From positions 1-64,000 of the forward strand of contig CAVQFQ010000025.1 of the NCBI GenBank assembly GCA_963711835.1: a DNA stretch of 64,000 nucleotides, given 5' to 3'. The translations under genes were made by a program, and so were the position numbers. The notes under the pieces are model-generated. The model did no database searches, was not told the DNA's origin, and saw nothing but the letters and a program-made list of their open reading frames with translations. Each line of letters starts with the position of its first letter. Position 1 is the stretch's first letter. The DNA comes from an uncultured delta proteobacterium (GTDB taxonomy: Bacteria; Desulfobacterota; RBG-13-43-22). Shown here piece after piece: positions 19,952 to 29,470 of the stretch.

Positions 19952-21030
19952 AGAAGTGACGCCTGATCCGCAGGCGGCGGAACCGGTGACAAGTTGAGGA
20001 GCGTTTGAATGCCTGAGATCACCTCATGAGTCGTGATCTCCACCAGGCATTTGCTGATTTTGCTTCCTTGACAGCCGTCCTGGCCGCAGGGGCGGCAATC
20101 CCAATCTTTTTTGATGACTTGGTGGTCCACTTCCCATGGACCCCACATCACCTCTCCCGAAGGGCCGAAAAGGACAACCACCGGCGTGCCTACTGCAGCG
20201 GCGATGTGCATGGGGGCGCTGTCCACGCCCAAGAAAAATTGGGCTTGGGCGATCAGGCAGCCCAGTTGCTTGACATTCAATTCGCCGGACAAATCCAAGG
20301 GGTTTGATTCGGTCCGGGCCAGAATCTCACGGACGGCCCGGCGTTCTTTTTCTTCAGGACCGCTGGTGATAATGACCTCCCAGCCCAGGGTTTCCCGGAT
20401 GTAATCCACCAGGCGGGCATACCCGTCGGATCTCCAGCATTTAAACATCCAGCGGGAGGTGGGATGGAGCACCACATAGGCTTTCCCCTCGGAAAGACCC
20501 TTTTGGGCCAGAAGGCTTTTTACGGCCTCCTGGTCCTGCGCGGTCCAGAAGAATTTCAGCCGCCGATCGGATGATCGCAGGTTGAACCGGGATAAGACCT
20601 CCAGATAATGGCTGACCATATGCCGGTCAATGGGCGGGGTGGGCAGGGTTTGAGTATAGGCCCGGGTCCACCAGCACTGCTTCTTTCTTTTTGGGCGATA
20701 CCCGATTCTTTCTGGAGCCCCGACCAGCCAGGAAATAATGGCCCCCCGGTCTCCTTGGCTGAGATCCAGGGAAAGAGAAAAACCCTTCCGCCTGAGTCCG
20801 GAAAGCAGGGCTTTTTGATACAGGATTTCCCGCCAAAGAGGGCGCCGGTCGTCTCTTTCCAGGGTTATGATCTCATCCAAGGCGGGATTATGAAGGACCA
20901 TTTCCTCCGTGCCCTGATTCACCAGCATGGTGATTTTGGATCCCGGGTAGGTCTCCTTTAAGGCCGTCAGAACCGGGGTGGTCACCAGAACATCTCCCAG
21001 GTGTCTTAATTTTATAACGAGAATATTCAA
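19948..21030 (-). CDS. GT9 heptosyltransferase III-like (WaaQ/RfaQ)
   Basis: KLRHLGDVLVTTP, HPTSRWMFKCW, GVDSAPMHIAAA. Confidence 0.88.
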   Translation of the reverse strand: MNILVIKLRHLGDVLVTTPVLTALKETYPGSKITMLVNQGTEEMVLHNPALDEIITLERDDRRPLWREILYQKALLSGLRRKGFSLSLDLSQGDRGAIISWLVGAPERIGYRPKRKKQCWWTRAYTQTLPTPPIDRHMVSHYLEVLSRFNLRSSDRRLKFFWTAQDQEAVKSLLAQKGLSEGKAYVVLHPTSRWMFKCWRSDGYARLVDYIRETLGWEVIITSGPEEKERRAVREILARTESNPLDLSGELNVKQLGCLIAQAQFFLGVDSAPMHIAAAVGTPVVVLFGPSGEVMWGPWEVDHQVIKKDWDCRPCGQDGCQGSKISKCLVEITTHEVISGIQTLLNLSPVPPPADQASLL

Positions 21031-21782
21031 TTTTTGTGTAGGGTTTCTTTATATTTTTCTTTCAACTTGGCATATTTGGTAAAGGTGTAGTGGGAATATA
21101 AGGCGGCTAAGAGCAGGCCGTTCGAACCGTCTTGGAAACCCCTTTGCAAAACCCACATCTTGAAAAAGGTAAAGAAGGATCGAAAAAAGATTTCGGGCCA
21201 GGTGATTTTCTTCCCTTCCAGCCAATATTGTTGGGCCGATAATTCGGAATAGCGGTCCATGCGCTGGAGATAATCCGAGATGGATTGATAGGTGAAGTGT
21301 TCCAGGGGGGCATTTAAGGCGCCTACTTTTCCTTTTACCTGCACCTGCTCATGAACCTCCCGAGGGCTGAATCGCCCGGCGTCCTTTTGATAGAGCCGAA
21401 GCTGATAATTGGGGTACCAGCCCCCATGGCGGATCCACTGGCCGCAGAAAAAGTTTTTCCGCGGGATTTTGTATCCCGCCAGCAGGGATTCACTATGGAT
21501 GACGCTCAGCACCTCCTCCCTCAGCTCCGGGGTGACCCGTTCATCGGCGTCGATATTTAAGATCCAGGGTCCCTTGGCTTTGTCCTGGGCCGAATTTTTT
21601 TGTTGGCCGAACCCCGGCCAGGATTCCTGAAAAACCCGGTCCGTAAACTCGCGGGCGACGGCCAGGGTCCGATCATGGCTCCCCGAATCCAGGACGATTA
21701 TCTCATCGGCAAAGGCCGCACTTTCCAGGCAGCTTCGCAGATTCTCCTCTTCATTTAAGGTTATAATGGTAACGGATAACAT
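21027..21782 (-). CDS. GT2 LPS beta-1,4-glucosyltransferase (WaaE/KdtX-like)
   Basis: MLSVTIITLNEE, DSGSHD, IDADERVT, HGGWYP. Confidence 0.87.
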   Translation of the reverse strand: MLSVTIITLNEEENLRSCLESAAFADEIIVLDSGSHDRTLAVAREFTDRVFQESWPGFGQQKNSAQDKAKGPWILNIDADERVTPELREEVLSVIHSESLLAGYKIPRKNFFCGQWIRHGGWYPNYQLRLYQKDAGRFSPREVHEQVQVKGKVGALNAPLEHFTYQSISDYLQRMDRYSELSAQQYWLEGKKITWPEIFFRSFFTFFKMWVLQRGFQDGSNGLLLAALYSHYTFTKYAKLKEKYKETLHKN

Positions 21783-21790
21783 TCCTTTTC

Positions 21791-21961
21791 TCAGGAAAGG
21801 GGTTTGGCCTCTTCGATCAGCATGATGGGAATATCGTCCTTGATTTCGTAAATCAATCGGCACCTTTCACAAATCAGGCCGTCTTTCGTCTCATTTAAAT
21901 AGATATCGCCCTTGCATTTCGGGCAGGCCAGGATTTCCAATAACTCTTGACTGATAGCCAT
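21791..21961 (-). CDS. Trm112/UPF0434 (YcaR-like) small Zn-finger protein; not in the ORF track (56 aa)
   Basis: Hand translation MAISQELLEILACPKCKGDIYLNETKDGLICERCRLIYEIKDDIPIMLIEEAKPLS; RBS ggagg upstream. Confidence 0.9.
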   Translation of the reverse strand: MAISQELLEILACPKCKGDIYLNETKDGLICERCRLIYEIKDDIPIMLIEEAKPLS

Positions 21962-22029
21962 AATAAACCTCCATCGTTGATAGTCTGTAGCACTTTAGGT
22001 GTTTGAAAATTTGTCAAAGCTAATTTTTC

Positions 22030-22142
22030 TTGGCACGGATTACACGGATAAACACGGTTAAGTTAAGAATATGATTTTTTCCCTGCGATCCTTCCGCAGG
22101 GGAAAAATAAAGCATCCGTGGCATCCGTGAAATCCGTGCCAA
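22030..22142. repeat. Inverted 9-mer tandem repeats (CACGGAT.. / ..ATCCGTG) around a central hairpin
   Basis: ttggcacggattacacggataaacacgg ... ccctgcg-atccttc-cgcaggg ... atccgtggcatccgtgaaatccgtgccaa. Confidence 0.8.
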
Positions 22143-22176
22143 AAGTTTATAAAAAGCTAAATTGATAACTGATTTT

Positions 22177-22962
22177 TTATTTCGGTTTTATCTTAGCATA
22201 GAATGAACCCAACCAGGGATTGGAAAAAATAAACAGGGTTTTTTTTAACCAACGGGGACCGGCATCCGTGACGGTTACCCGTTTCAGCCGGAAGGGATCG
22301 CTTCCCGGCTGGTTAAGGCCTCGTTCGACGGTGCAGCAGGAACGGAATCCCAGTTCCCGGGCTATGTCCAGGCTCTGTTCATTATAGCGGCCGCCCGGCC
22401 AGCAGAGTACGGAACTTGTCCTTTTCAAATGCGTCAAAAAAGTTTCCTGCGAAATCTTCAAGTTTTCTCTCAGGGCTAGGGGGTCCTGGTAGAGGTTCTT
22501 GCTATGGGCGTGGGAGTGGGATTCGATCCGGATCAGACCGCTTTCCTCCATTTCCCGGGCCTCTTGCCAGGTCAAAGCGATTTCTGCGGCCCGGCCCTGA
22601 TCAATCAGGTCCCAGCATTGGTCATGGGTTACGGTTTGCTCCGGCGGAGACCCGACCCGATCTTCGGCCATCCAGCCGGTGACCGCAAAAATGGTCGCTT
22701 TGAAACCGTATTTTATCAGGATCGGATAGGCAAACCGGTAATTGTCCCGGTATCCGTCATCAAAGGTCAGGGCTACCGGACGCTTGGGCAGGGGCCGGCT
22801 CCCTTCCAGGATCATTAGAAGTTCTTTCAGAGAGAGCGTAGTAAAGCCTTGGTGATATAAGGCGGCCATCTGGGCCTTAAAGTGGATGAGGGAGACCGTA
22901 ACCATGTCTTCCTCGATGGGAGTTACATGATGATAGGTGATTATGGGAACGGCTCCGGCCAT
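22177..22962 (-). CDS. Polysaccharide deacetylase (CE4/NodB)
   Basis: ITYHHV, LTFDDGY, SHSHAH, CWPGG. Confidence 0.88.
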   Translation of the reverse strand: MAGAVPIITYHHVTPIEEDMVTVSLIHFKAQMAALYHQGFTTLSLKELLMILEGSRPLPKRPVALTFDDGYRDNYRFAYPILIKYGFKATIFAVTGWMAEDRVGSPPEQTVTHDQCWDLIDQGRAAEIALTWQEAREMEESGLIRIESHSHAHSKNLYQDPLALRENLKISQETFLTHLKRTSSVLCWPGGRYNEQSLDIARELGFRSCCTVERGLNQPGSDPFRLKRVTVTDAGPRWLKKTLFIFSNPWLGSFYAKIKPK

Positions 22963-23034
22963 TTAGAATAACCCCTCTTTGTGTTTTACATCGGCGAAGT
23001 TCGAAGGGCCGACGGTGGTCATCCGGCCCTCAGC

Positions 23035-23931
23035 TTATCGGATCTTCGGCGCTCTCGGCCAGGGTTGGTACGGCCTGGTTTTCCAGCGCTGGTGGACCCA
23101 GAAATACTGCTCCGGATATTTCCGGGCCATGGCCTCAATGACCTGGTTGTATTGGGCGGTGTTTTCTTCAATTTCCTTGGTCCGATCTCCAAGGCTGATC
23201 CAGGGGAGAGGAGGTTGGAATTCCACCTGATAATGGCCCTGTCCCTGGTGGATGATAAACATGGGTATGACCGGTACCTGGGTCTTATGAACCAGCAAGG
23301 CCAAGCCCTTGTTGGTACAGGCCCTTTTGTTGAAAAAGGGGACAAAGACGCCGTCTTTCCAATCAATATTCTGATCTAAGAGAATTCCCAGAATGGCTTC
23401 TTGACGCAAGAGCTGGAGCAGGCGCCGCATGGATTTTTCCTTGGAGACATAACGGATGCCGCTGACCCCCCGCACCTTTTCGACGAGCCTGTTGAGCGGT
23501 TTGAAGTCCAGAGGCTTAACCACGATATAGGCCGGTGAAAAAAAATAACCGAAAGCAATGGACATCAATTCCCAGCAGCCGAAGTGGGCGCCCAGGAGAA
23601 CCACTCCTTTCCCCTGACCTCGGGCCTTTTCGAAATGGTCGCTTCCGGAGAAGGTTACATAGGAGGCGATCCGGTCTTTGGAAAAACGCACCGGGTAGCA
23701 GATTTCAAAAAAATGGCGGCCCATCATTTTAAAACTCTTTTTGGCTATGTCCTCCCGTTCCCTTTTATTCATCCCCTCTCCAAAGGCAATGGTCAGGTTA
23801 TTTAAAGCGATTGTTCGGCGCCTTTTTAAGACCCCATAAAGGGTCAGGCCCATAAGATCTCCCAGCTTCAGTCCTAAGGGCCGCGGGATGAAAGAGAGTA
23901 GAACCACCAAACTGTAAAGGATCCGATCCAT
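23035..23931 (-). CDS. Lipid A late acyltransferase (LpxL/HtrB family)
   Basis: GAHFGCWE, LLDQN, PEQYFWVHQRWKTRP. Confidence 0.9.
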   Translation of the reverse strand: MDRILYSLVVLLSFIPRPLGLKLGDLMGLTLYGVLKRRRTIALNNLTIAFGEGMNKREREDIAKKSFKMMGRHFFEICYPVRFSKDRIASYVTFSGSDHFEKARGQGKGVVLLGAHFGCWELMSIAFGYFFSPAYIVVKPLDFKPLNRLVEKVRGVSGIRYVSKEKSMRRLLQLLRQEAILGILLDQNIDWKDGVFVPFFNKRACTNKGLALLVHKTQVPVIPMFIIHQGQGHYQVEFQPPLPWISLGDRTKEIEENTAQYNQVIEAMARKYPEQYFWVHQRWKTRPYQPWPRAPKIR

Positions 23932-23936
23932 AGAAT

Positions 23937-25058
23937 TTAAAAAACAGGTTTTGTATTTTTAGGGCTTTTTCTTTTTTCCATCAGTTCCCGGTAGAGGTTT
24001 TCCAGCCCCCGGATCATGAAACGGTTGTCATGATGGCTCTCCACGAAGCGGCGTCCCCGGATGCCCATCTCTTTCCCCAGTGCCCGATCCTGGAGTAAGC
24101 GGATTACCTTTTCTGCCAAGGCCTTCGGATCCTCGGGAGGAACCAGAAAGCCTGTCTGGCCGTCTTCAACGATCTCCGGAATTCCACCCACCCTGGTGGC
24201 TACGACCGGTTTTCCCATGGCCATGGCCTCCAGGATGGCCGTTCCCAGGGCCTCTTCGAGGGAGGGGAAGACAAAGACATCCAGGGTGTTCAGGACCCGG
24301 GCCCCATCTTCCCGGAACCCGGGCATAAGAACGGCTTCCGCAATTCCCAATTCTTCAACCCTCTTCCGCAGATTTTCTTCCTGAGGTCCTTCGCCGGCCA
24401 AAAGAAGTTTTAGGTCGGGATGGGTTTGAAGGATCTGCGGCATGGCCTGGAGAAGGAAACGGTGCCCCTTAGACCGGCGGAAGACGGCCATCGTGCCGAT
24501 AACAGGCGTCTCGGGAAGGAGGCCCATTTCATTTCTCAGATTTGCCCTGATTTTCAGGGGATTGAAGACGGTCAGGTCCACCCCGGTAGGAATTGTCAGA
24601 ACCCGCTCCTGAGGGATTCCTTTTTCCTGAACCAGATAGCGGCGGGTGCTCTCTCCTACGGTAACGACCCGGTCGGCCAGATGGCTGTAAATCAAGCGGG
24701 TTTTAATGGCTGAGCTCAGATGTCGGGTCCGGACTACCTGTGGCCGGCGGCGGGATAATTTCGCCGCCACGGAGGCCATCCAACTGTCGGCCGAACTATG
24801 GGTATGAACAAGGTCCACGACGTAGCGCCGGTAGATTCGTAGTAATCGCACTACGGCTAAGGGGTCGAAGTTGCCCCGCATCTCGACCAATTCGCATTCC
24901 AGGTTATCCTTTCGGGCCTTTTCCGCGATCCGGCTTTCCGGACGGCAGGCCAAGACGGGGCGGAAGGCATCCCGGGAGAGTCCCAGCAGTTCCCGCATGA
25001 TGCGTCTTTCCTGTCCGCCCCAACCCAGGGAGGATTCTGTATGGAGGATGGTGATCAC
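23937..25058 (-). CDS. GT4 glycosyltransferase
   Basis: HTESSLGWGGQE, EEALGTAILEAMAMG. Confidence 0.88.
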   Translation of the reverse strand: MITILHTESSLGWGGQERRIMRELLGLSRDAFRPVLACRPESRIAEKARKDNLECELVEMRGNFDPLAVVRLLRIYRRYVVDLVHTHSSADSWMASVAAKLSRRRPQVVRTRHLSSAIKTRLIYSHLADRVVTVGESTRRYLVQEKGIPQERVLTIPTGVDLTVFNPLKIRANLRNEMGLLPETPVIGTMAVFRRSKGHRFLLQAMPQILQTHPDLKLLLAGEGPQEENLRKRVEELGIAEAVLMPGFREDGARVLNTLDVFVFPSLEEALGTAILEAMAMGKPVVATRVGGIPEIVEDGQTGFLVPPEDPKALAEKVIRLLQDRALGKEMGIRGRRFVESHHDNRFMIRGLENLYRELMEKRKSPKNTKPVF

Positions 25059-25095
25059 GATTTCTCTCCGGCTTCTATTGGAACCGATGCTTCGC

Positions 25096-26217
25096 CTATA
25101 AATTGGAACTTACGTTTCTTAAGATGGATTGAACTGAAGAGACGACCTCTTCCACTGTAATGGCTTCCATACAATCCCCGCGGCCCTGACACAGGGGCGG
25201 CTTATGGTCGGGGGTAAGAAGACAAGGACTGCAGGGGAACCTCTTATAGTGGATCCGGTGGGAGGTCCCGTAAGGTCCGGCCCAACCGGGGTCCGTTCCC
25301 CCGTATAAGCCCACCACCGGCAACCCCAGACCTACGGCCAGGTGAAGAGGTCCGCTGTCTCCTCCAACAAAGATCCGGCATTGCGCAGTCAGGGCCATTA
25401 ATTGGCGCAAGGAAAGCTCCCCTAAGGTATTGATGGCCTTTTCGGGGATCCGGTTCAGATAAGGGTTCAGTCTATCCCGATCGCTTTGGTCTCCGAAAAG
25501 GATTACCTGGAGGTCAGGCAGGGCGGAAACCTGTTCAATAAAAGCCCAATAGGCAGGCAGGGGCCAGGATTTGGGGGGAGAAGCGGTCCCCATCTGAAGC
25601 CCGAGCAGCCTCCGGCCTTCCGCAAGCCCCTTTTTTTTTAGGAATTCTTTGGCCCAGCTTCTCTCATCTTCCGTAATCCCCAGTACAAATTCCGGGGCTT
25701 CCATACGGGCCCCCAAAAATTCGGCTATCCTCAAATGGCTATCAACTACATGGAGACCTGTTCCCCCGGGAATCCTTCGGGATATCAGGGAACTCATTTC
25801 CTTTAAACCCGGCCAGCCGATTCGATAAGGTGCCCAGGCCAGCAGGGCCATCAACCCCGATTTGGCCAGACCCTGCAGATCAATGGAAAGGTCGATCTCG
25901 ATATCTCTCAGGGATCTCCGGAGAGCCAACACTTTCTTGAAGGCTTGGCCCCATTTCCCTTGCCGGAAAAGGCCCTGTATCTCCTGTCTGGGATAAATGA
26001 TAACCGATTCCAGGAGAGGCTGGTTTTCCAGAAGCGGGGCGCAACGGTCTTCGATTATCCAGTGAAGTTGCAGATAAGGATAGGACTTCTTGAGACTGGA
26101 GGCCACCGGCAGGGCATGGACCACATCCCCGAGGGAAGTCAATTTAATGATCAGGACCCGTTTGATCCCCTGGGTTTCAATGAAGCTTCCAGGCTTGCCG
26201 TACGGCTTCAAGGACAT
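25096..26217 (-). CDS. GT9 heptosyltransferase (WaaC-like)
   Basis: IKLTSLGDVVHALP, DLQGLAKS, GGDSGPLHLA; exact start uncertain. Confidence 0.86.
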   Translation of the reverse strand: MSLKPYGKPGSFIETQGIKRVLIIKLTSLGDVVHALPVASSLKKSYPYLQLHWIIEDRCAPLLENQPLLESVIIYPRQEIQGLFRQGKWGQAFKKVLALRRSLRDIEIDLSIDLQGLAKSGLMALLAWAPYRIGWPGLKEMSSLISRRIPGGTGLHVVDSHLRIAEFLGARMEAPEFVLGITEDERSWAKEFLKKKGLAEGRRLLGLQMGTASPPKSWPLPAYWAFIEQVSALPDLQVILFGDQSDRDRLNPYLNRIPEKAINTLGELSLRQLMALTAQCRIFVGGDSGPLHLAVGLGLPVVGLYGGTDPGWAGPYGTSHRIHYKRFPCSPCLLTPDHKPPLCQGRGDCMEAITVEEVVSSVQSILRNVSSNL

Positions 26218-27289
26218 CCGCCACCTCTATGGCTTTCATACATTTTAAATCGGAACAATTTCGTTCCCGGCAGGGATTGCAGCCGACCTCTTTTCTCAGG
26301 ATAAAGGCCCGGTGGCCATAGGGACCGGTCCGTTCGGGCAAGGTGGGGCCGATCATGGCCACAACCGGTTTCTTCAAGGCCCCGGCCAGGTGCATGGGGC
26401 CGGCTTCGTTTCCGATGAAAAGGGCCGCTTCCTCGAGCAGGGCCATTAACTGCTTTAAGGTCAGCCGGTTTACCAGATCGATCACCGGAACCCGTATCAA
26501 CGAAAAAAGCCTTTCAAAGAGCCGGTCTTCCTTACTGCCCCCTTCGGCACCTCCGATAACCGCCAGATTAACGGGATAGGTTTCCTTGAGCTCATGAATC
26601 AGGGCCGCAAAGCGCTCCACCGGCCAGCGACGGGAAAGCCATCCGGCCCCGGGATGAATAACGATCAGCTCCTTTTCTCTTTCCCATCCTGTTCGGTCCA
26701 GGAGGGCCCTGACCTCGGCCCGTTCCTGAAAAGATGGTTGGAGATTGAAGGACGGGCTCTTCTCCGCTCCTTTCATAAACCGGACCACCGCCAGGTTTCT
26801 ATCCACCGTATGAACATCCTGGGGCCGGGGGGGGATTTCCCTGGAAAAGAAACCGCTCAGTTCCTTCATACCGTTGGTATTGGCTGAACCGATCCGAAAG
26901 CGAGCCCCGGCCATTAAAACCAGAAGGGCCGATTTAGCCAGGCCATGAAGATCCAGCGAAAGATCAAAGGACCGTTGCCGCAGCTCCCTTTTTATGTGGC
27001 GATAGGCTTGGTAAAGGACTCCCCATTGTCGGTCCCGAATGGCCTGCTCGATGGTCTTGAAGGGGATAACGATCACTTCAGTAAGGTCCGGATGGCCCTC
27101 GACCAGGTCGCGGCAGCGTTCGTCCACCAGCCAGGCAATGTGGGCCTGGGGAAAGAGCTGTCTTAGCCCGGAGAGGGTGGGCAGGCTAAAAATAATATCC
27201 CCGATCCGGCTTGGCTGGATAATGGCGATACGTTGGATCTCCGAGACTGGAATAGGTCGGGCTTTATGGCCGAGGAAAACAAAAACCAT
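26177..27289 (-). CDS. GT9 heptosyltransferase (WaaC-like)
   Basis: SRIGDIIFSLP, DLHGLAKS, GNEAGPMHLA. Confidence 0.86.
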   Translation of the reverse strand: MVFVFLGHKARPIPVSEIQRIAIIQPSRIGDIIFSLPTLSGLRQLFPQAHIAWLVDERCRDLVEGHPDLTEVIVIPFKTIEQAIRDRQWGVLYQAYRHIKRELRQRSFDLSLDLHGLAKSALLVLMAGARFRIGSANTNGMKELSGFFSREIPPRPQDVHTVDRNLAVVRFMKGAEKSPSFNLQPSFQERAEVRALLDRTGWEREKELIVIHPGAGWLSRRWPVERFAALIHELKETYPVNLAVIGGAEGGSKEDRLFERLFSLIRVPVIDLVNRLTLKQLMALLEEAALFIGNEAGPMHLAGALKKPVVAMIGPTLPERTGPYGHRAFILRKEVGCNPCRERNCSDLKCMKAIEVADVLEAVRQAWKLH

Positions 27290-27290
27290 C

Positions 27291-28349
27291 TCATCCCTTC
27301 ATCTGATCTTTCAGCTTTTTCAGCTCGTCCCAGACCTCAGCCACCGAGATGGCTTCCATGCAGGTCCGGGGTTGGGGGCAGATTTTTTTCAAACAAGGGC
27401 TGCAGGGAAATGCCTTTTGAATCAACCGGCTGGACCCGCCCCAGGGGCCGGTCCGTTGGGCATCGGTCGGGCCGAAAAGGGCTACCATGGGTATCTTCAG
27501 GGCGCAAGCGGCATGCATCAGACCGGAGTCGTTGCAGACCATGAATCGGCAGCTCCGGATAAGGGCCAGGGCTTCTCTTAGGGAGGTTTTCCCGACCAGA
27601 TTGGAGTAATAGGGGCTTTCTTTTATAGAGCCGGAAAGGGCATCTCCGGCGGTTCCTAACAATAGTACCTTGGCTCGCCAGGACTGATACAATTTCTTGG
27701 CTAAGGCTTCAAATCGGTCAAAAGGCCAGCACTTGGCCGATCCATAGATCGCCCCCGGGGCCAGGCCGATCAAAAAATCGCCGGAACGGATGCCCAATCC
27801 GGCCAGGCGGGCTTCGGCTTGCCTTTGATCTCCGGAAGGGATTTTTAAACACAAGGGGTTCTTCCGTGGAGAAGGTGAGATCAAAAGGCCCAGGGGTTCC
27901 AGGAGATGATAAAAGTAGGCCACTTGATGTTCCTTTTTTAAGGCCTTGGTGGGACGGAGTTTATGGGTCAGCAGAAATCCCCGGCCTTCCGTGGCAAAAC
28001 CGATCCGAACGGGAATACGGCTTAAATAGGAGATCCAGGCCGACTCAAAGGAGTGGGGGAAATGAATCACGGCCTCGAAGTCCTGTTCGCGTAACTGTTG
28101 CGCCAATTGCACTTTACCTTTTAACCCCTGATGAGGGCCGGCTTTTTGATAATGGATCAGACCATCCAGGTCCGGACACGATTCAAAAAGGGAAGCCACC
28201 CAGGGCCGAGCCAGGCCAATCAGGGCGGCATCCGGAAAGTTTTTCCTTATACTATGAATAATGGGAGTGGTCAACAAGGCATCCCCGACCCAGTTGGGAA
28301 CCCTGAGGAGAATTTTTTTGGGTCCTTTTTTTAAGGCGCTAATTGTCAT
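27291..28349 (-). CDS. waaF: ADP-heptose:LPS heptosyltransferase II
   Basis: PNWVGDA, APGAIYGSAKCWP, NDSGLMHAA. Confidence 0.88.
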   Translation of the reverse strand: MTISALKKGPKKILLRVPNWVGDALLTTPIIHSIRKNFPDAALIGLARPWVASLFESCPDLDGLIHYQKAGPHQGLKGKVQLAQQLREQDFEAVIHFPHSFESAWISYLSRIPVRIGFATEGRGFLLTHKLRPTKALKKEHQVAYFYHLLEPLGLLISPSPRKNPLCLKIPSGDQRQAEARLAGLGIRSGDFLIGLAPGAIYGSAKCWPFDRFEALAKKLYQSWRAKVLLLGTAGDALSGSIKESPYYSNLVGKTSLREALALIRSCRFMVCNDSGLMHAACALKIPMVALFGPTDAQRTGPWGGSSRLIQKAFPCSPCLKKICPQPRTCMEAISVAEVWDELKKLKDQMKG

Positions 28350-29395
28350 GAAGAAACCATTTTTCGATTCAGGAGATCCCAAAAGGCCGGTTCTTGAATC
28401 TGTATTTCAATTCCTAAGACCAGGACCAATCCCTGCTCCGGATTCCAGCCTTCTATTTTTAAGGCATCCTTCTCGGTTGTTATCAAAAGGTCCGGTTTAA
28501 GGGAGCGGGCTAAGGTGGCCAGTTTTTCCTTGTCCTTTTGACCGTAAGCATGGTGGTCCGGGAAAACCGCCAGATGAACTATTTCCGATTTGAGCTGCCT
28601 CAGGCTGAAGGCAAAGGAATCGGGCTGGGCCAGGCCGCAAAAGGCCAAGACCTTTTTCCCCTGCAGCCAGGAGAGAGGCCGGGGGGTCCGGTCGGCCAGA
28701 TTCCAAAGCCGGGCCGGCCAATGGTCGGAAAAGAAAATCGGTACCTCCGGGGAAATTTTCCTGATCCTTTTCAGGAGATCCTTTTTTTCAAGGGGGCCGG
28801 CGGCTTCGGCATGGGTAATCAGAATCAGATCGGCCCTTCTGAGATGATGGATCGGTTCCCGCAAGGTCCCCAGGGGCAGGAGTCCTCCCGGCCCAAAGGG
28901 AGCCTTAACCGTGAGGAGTAACAGGTTGATCGTACGCTCCAGCCGCAGGTATTGAAAGCCATCGTCCAGAAGGGCCCACTCGGTCTGCCAGCGTTTAACA
29001 CTTAGCCGACCGGAACGGAGGCGATCTTTCCCGACTAAAATCGGAACCCCGGGCAAGTGCCGGGCCAGCCAAAAAGGTTCTTCTCCGCCGTCCGATAGAG
29101 AACCAATAACAGCCTGATCATCGGAAATGACGGCCCCGGCCTTCATTTTCCGGCCCCGGTAACCGCGGCTTAGCACAGCGGTTTTGAGGCCTTTTTTTTG
29201 CAGGCGGTCGGCCAGCAGGGCCACATGGGGGGTTTTGCCCGTCCCGCCGGCAACCAGATTCCCGATACTGATTACCCGGCAGGGCAGTCGGTAAGCGGGA
29301 AGCAGCCGGAGGCGGTAGAGCCAGGCGCGTAGGACGACCCCGGCGCCATAGAGGAGGGAGGCGAGAAAGGCCAGAGGGAAAACCAAAGCTTTCAT
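28346..29395 (-). CDS. lpxK: Tetraacyldisaccharide 4'-kinase
   Basis: SIGNLVAGGTGKTP, LSRGY, LDDGFQ, LPLGTLRE, FPDHH, TTEKD. Confidence 0.95.
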   Translation of the reverse strand: MKALVFPLAFLASLLYGAGVVLRAWLYRLRLLPAYRLPCRVISIGNLVAGGTGKTPHVALLADRLQKKGLKTAVLSRGYRGRKMKAGAVISDDQAVIGSLSDGGEEPFWLARHLPGVPILVGKDRLRSGRLSVKRWQTEWALLDDGFQYLRLERTINLLLLTVKAPFGPGGLLPLGTLREPIHHLRRADLILITHAEAAGPLEKKDLLKRIRKISPEVPIFFSDHWPARLWNLADRTPRPLSWLQGKKVLAFCGLAQPDSFAFSLRQLKSEIVHLAVFPDHHAYGQKDKEKLATLARSLKPDLLITTEKDALKIEGWNPEQGLVLVLGIEIQIQEPAFWDLLNRKMVSS

Positions 29396-29470
29396 AAAAA
29401 CCCGGACCCTTTCAGCACCGGGCCGGCTGGAAAAATTGCTGACCCTTTACGCCGGCCGACCCGGTCTTCT

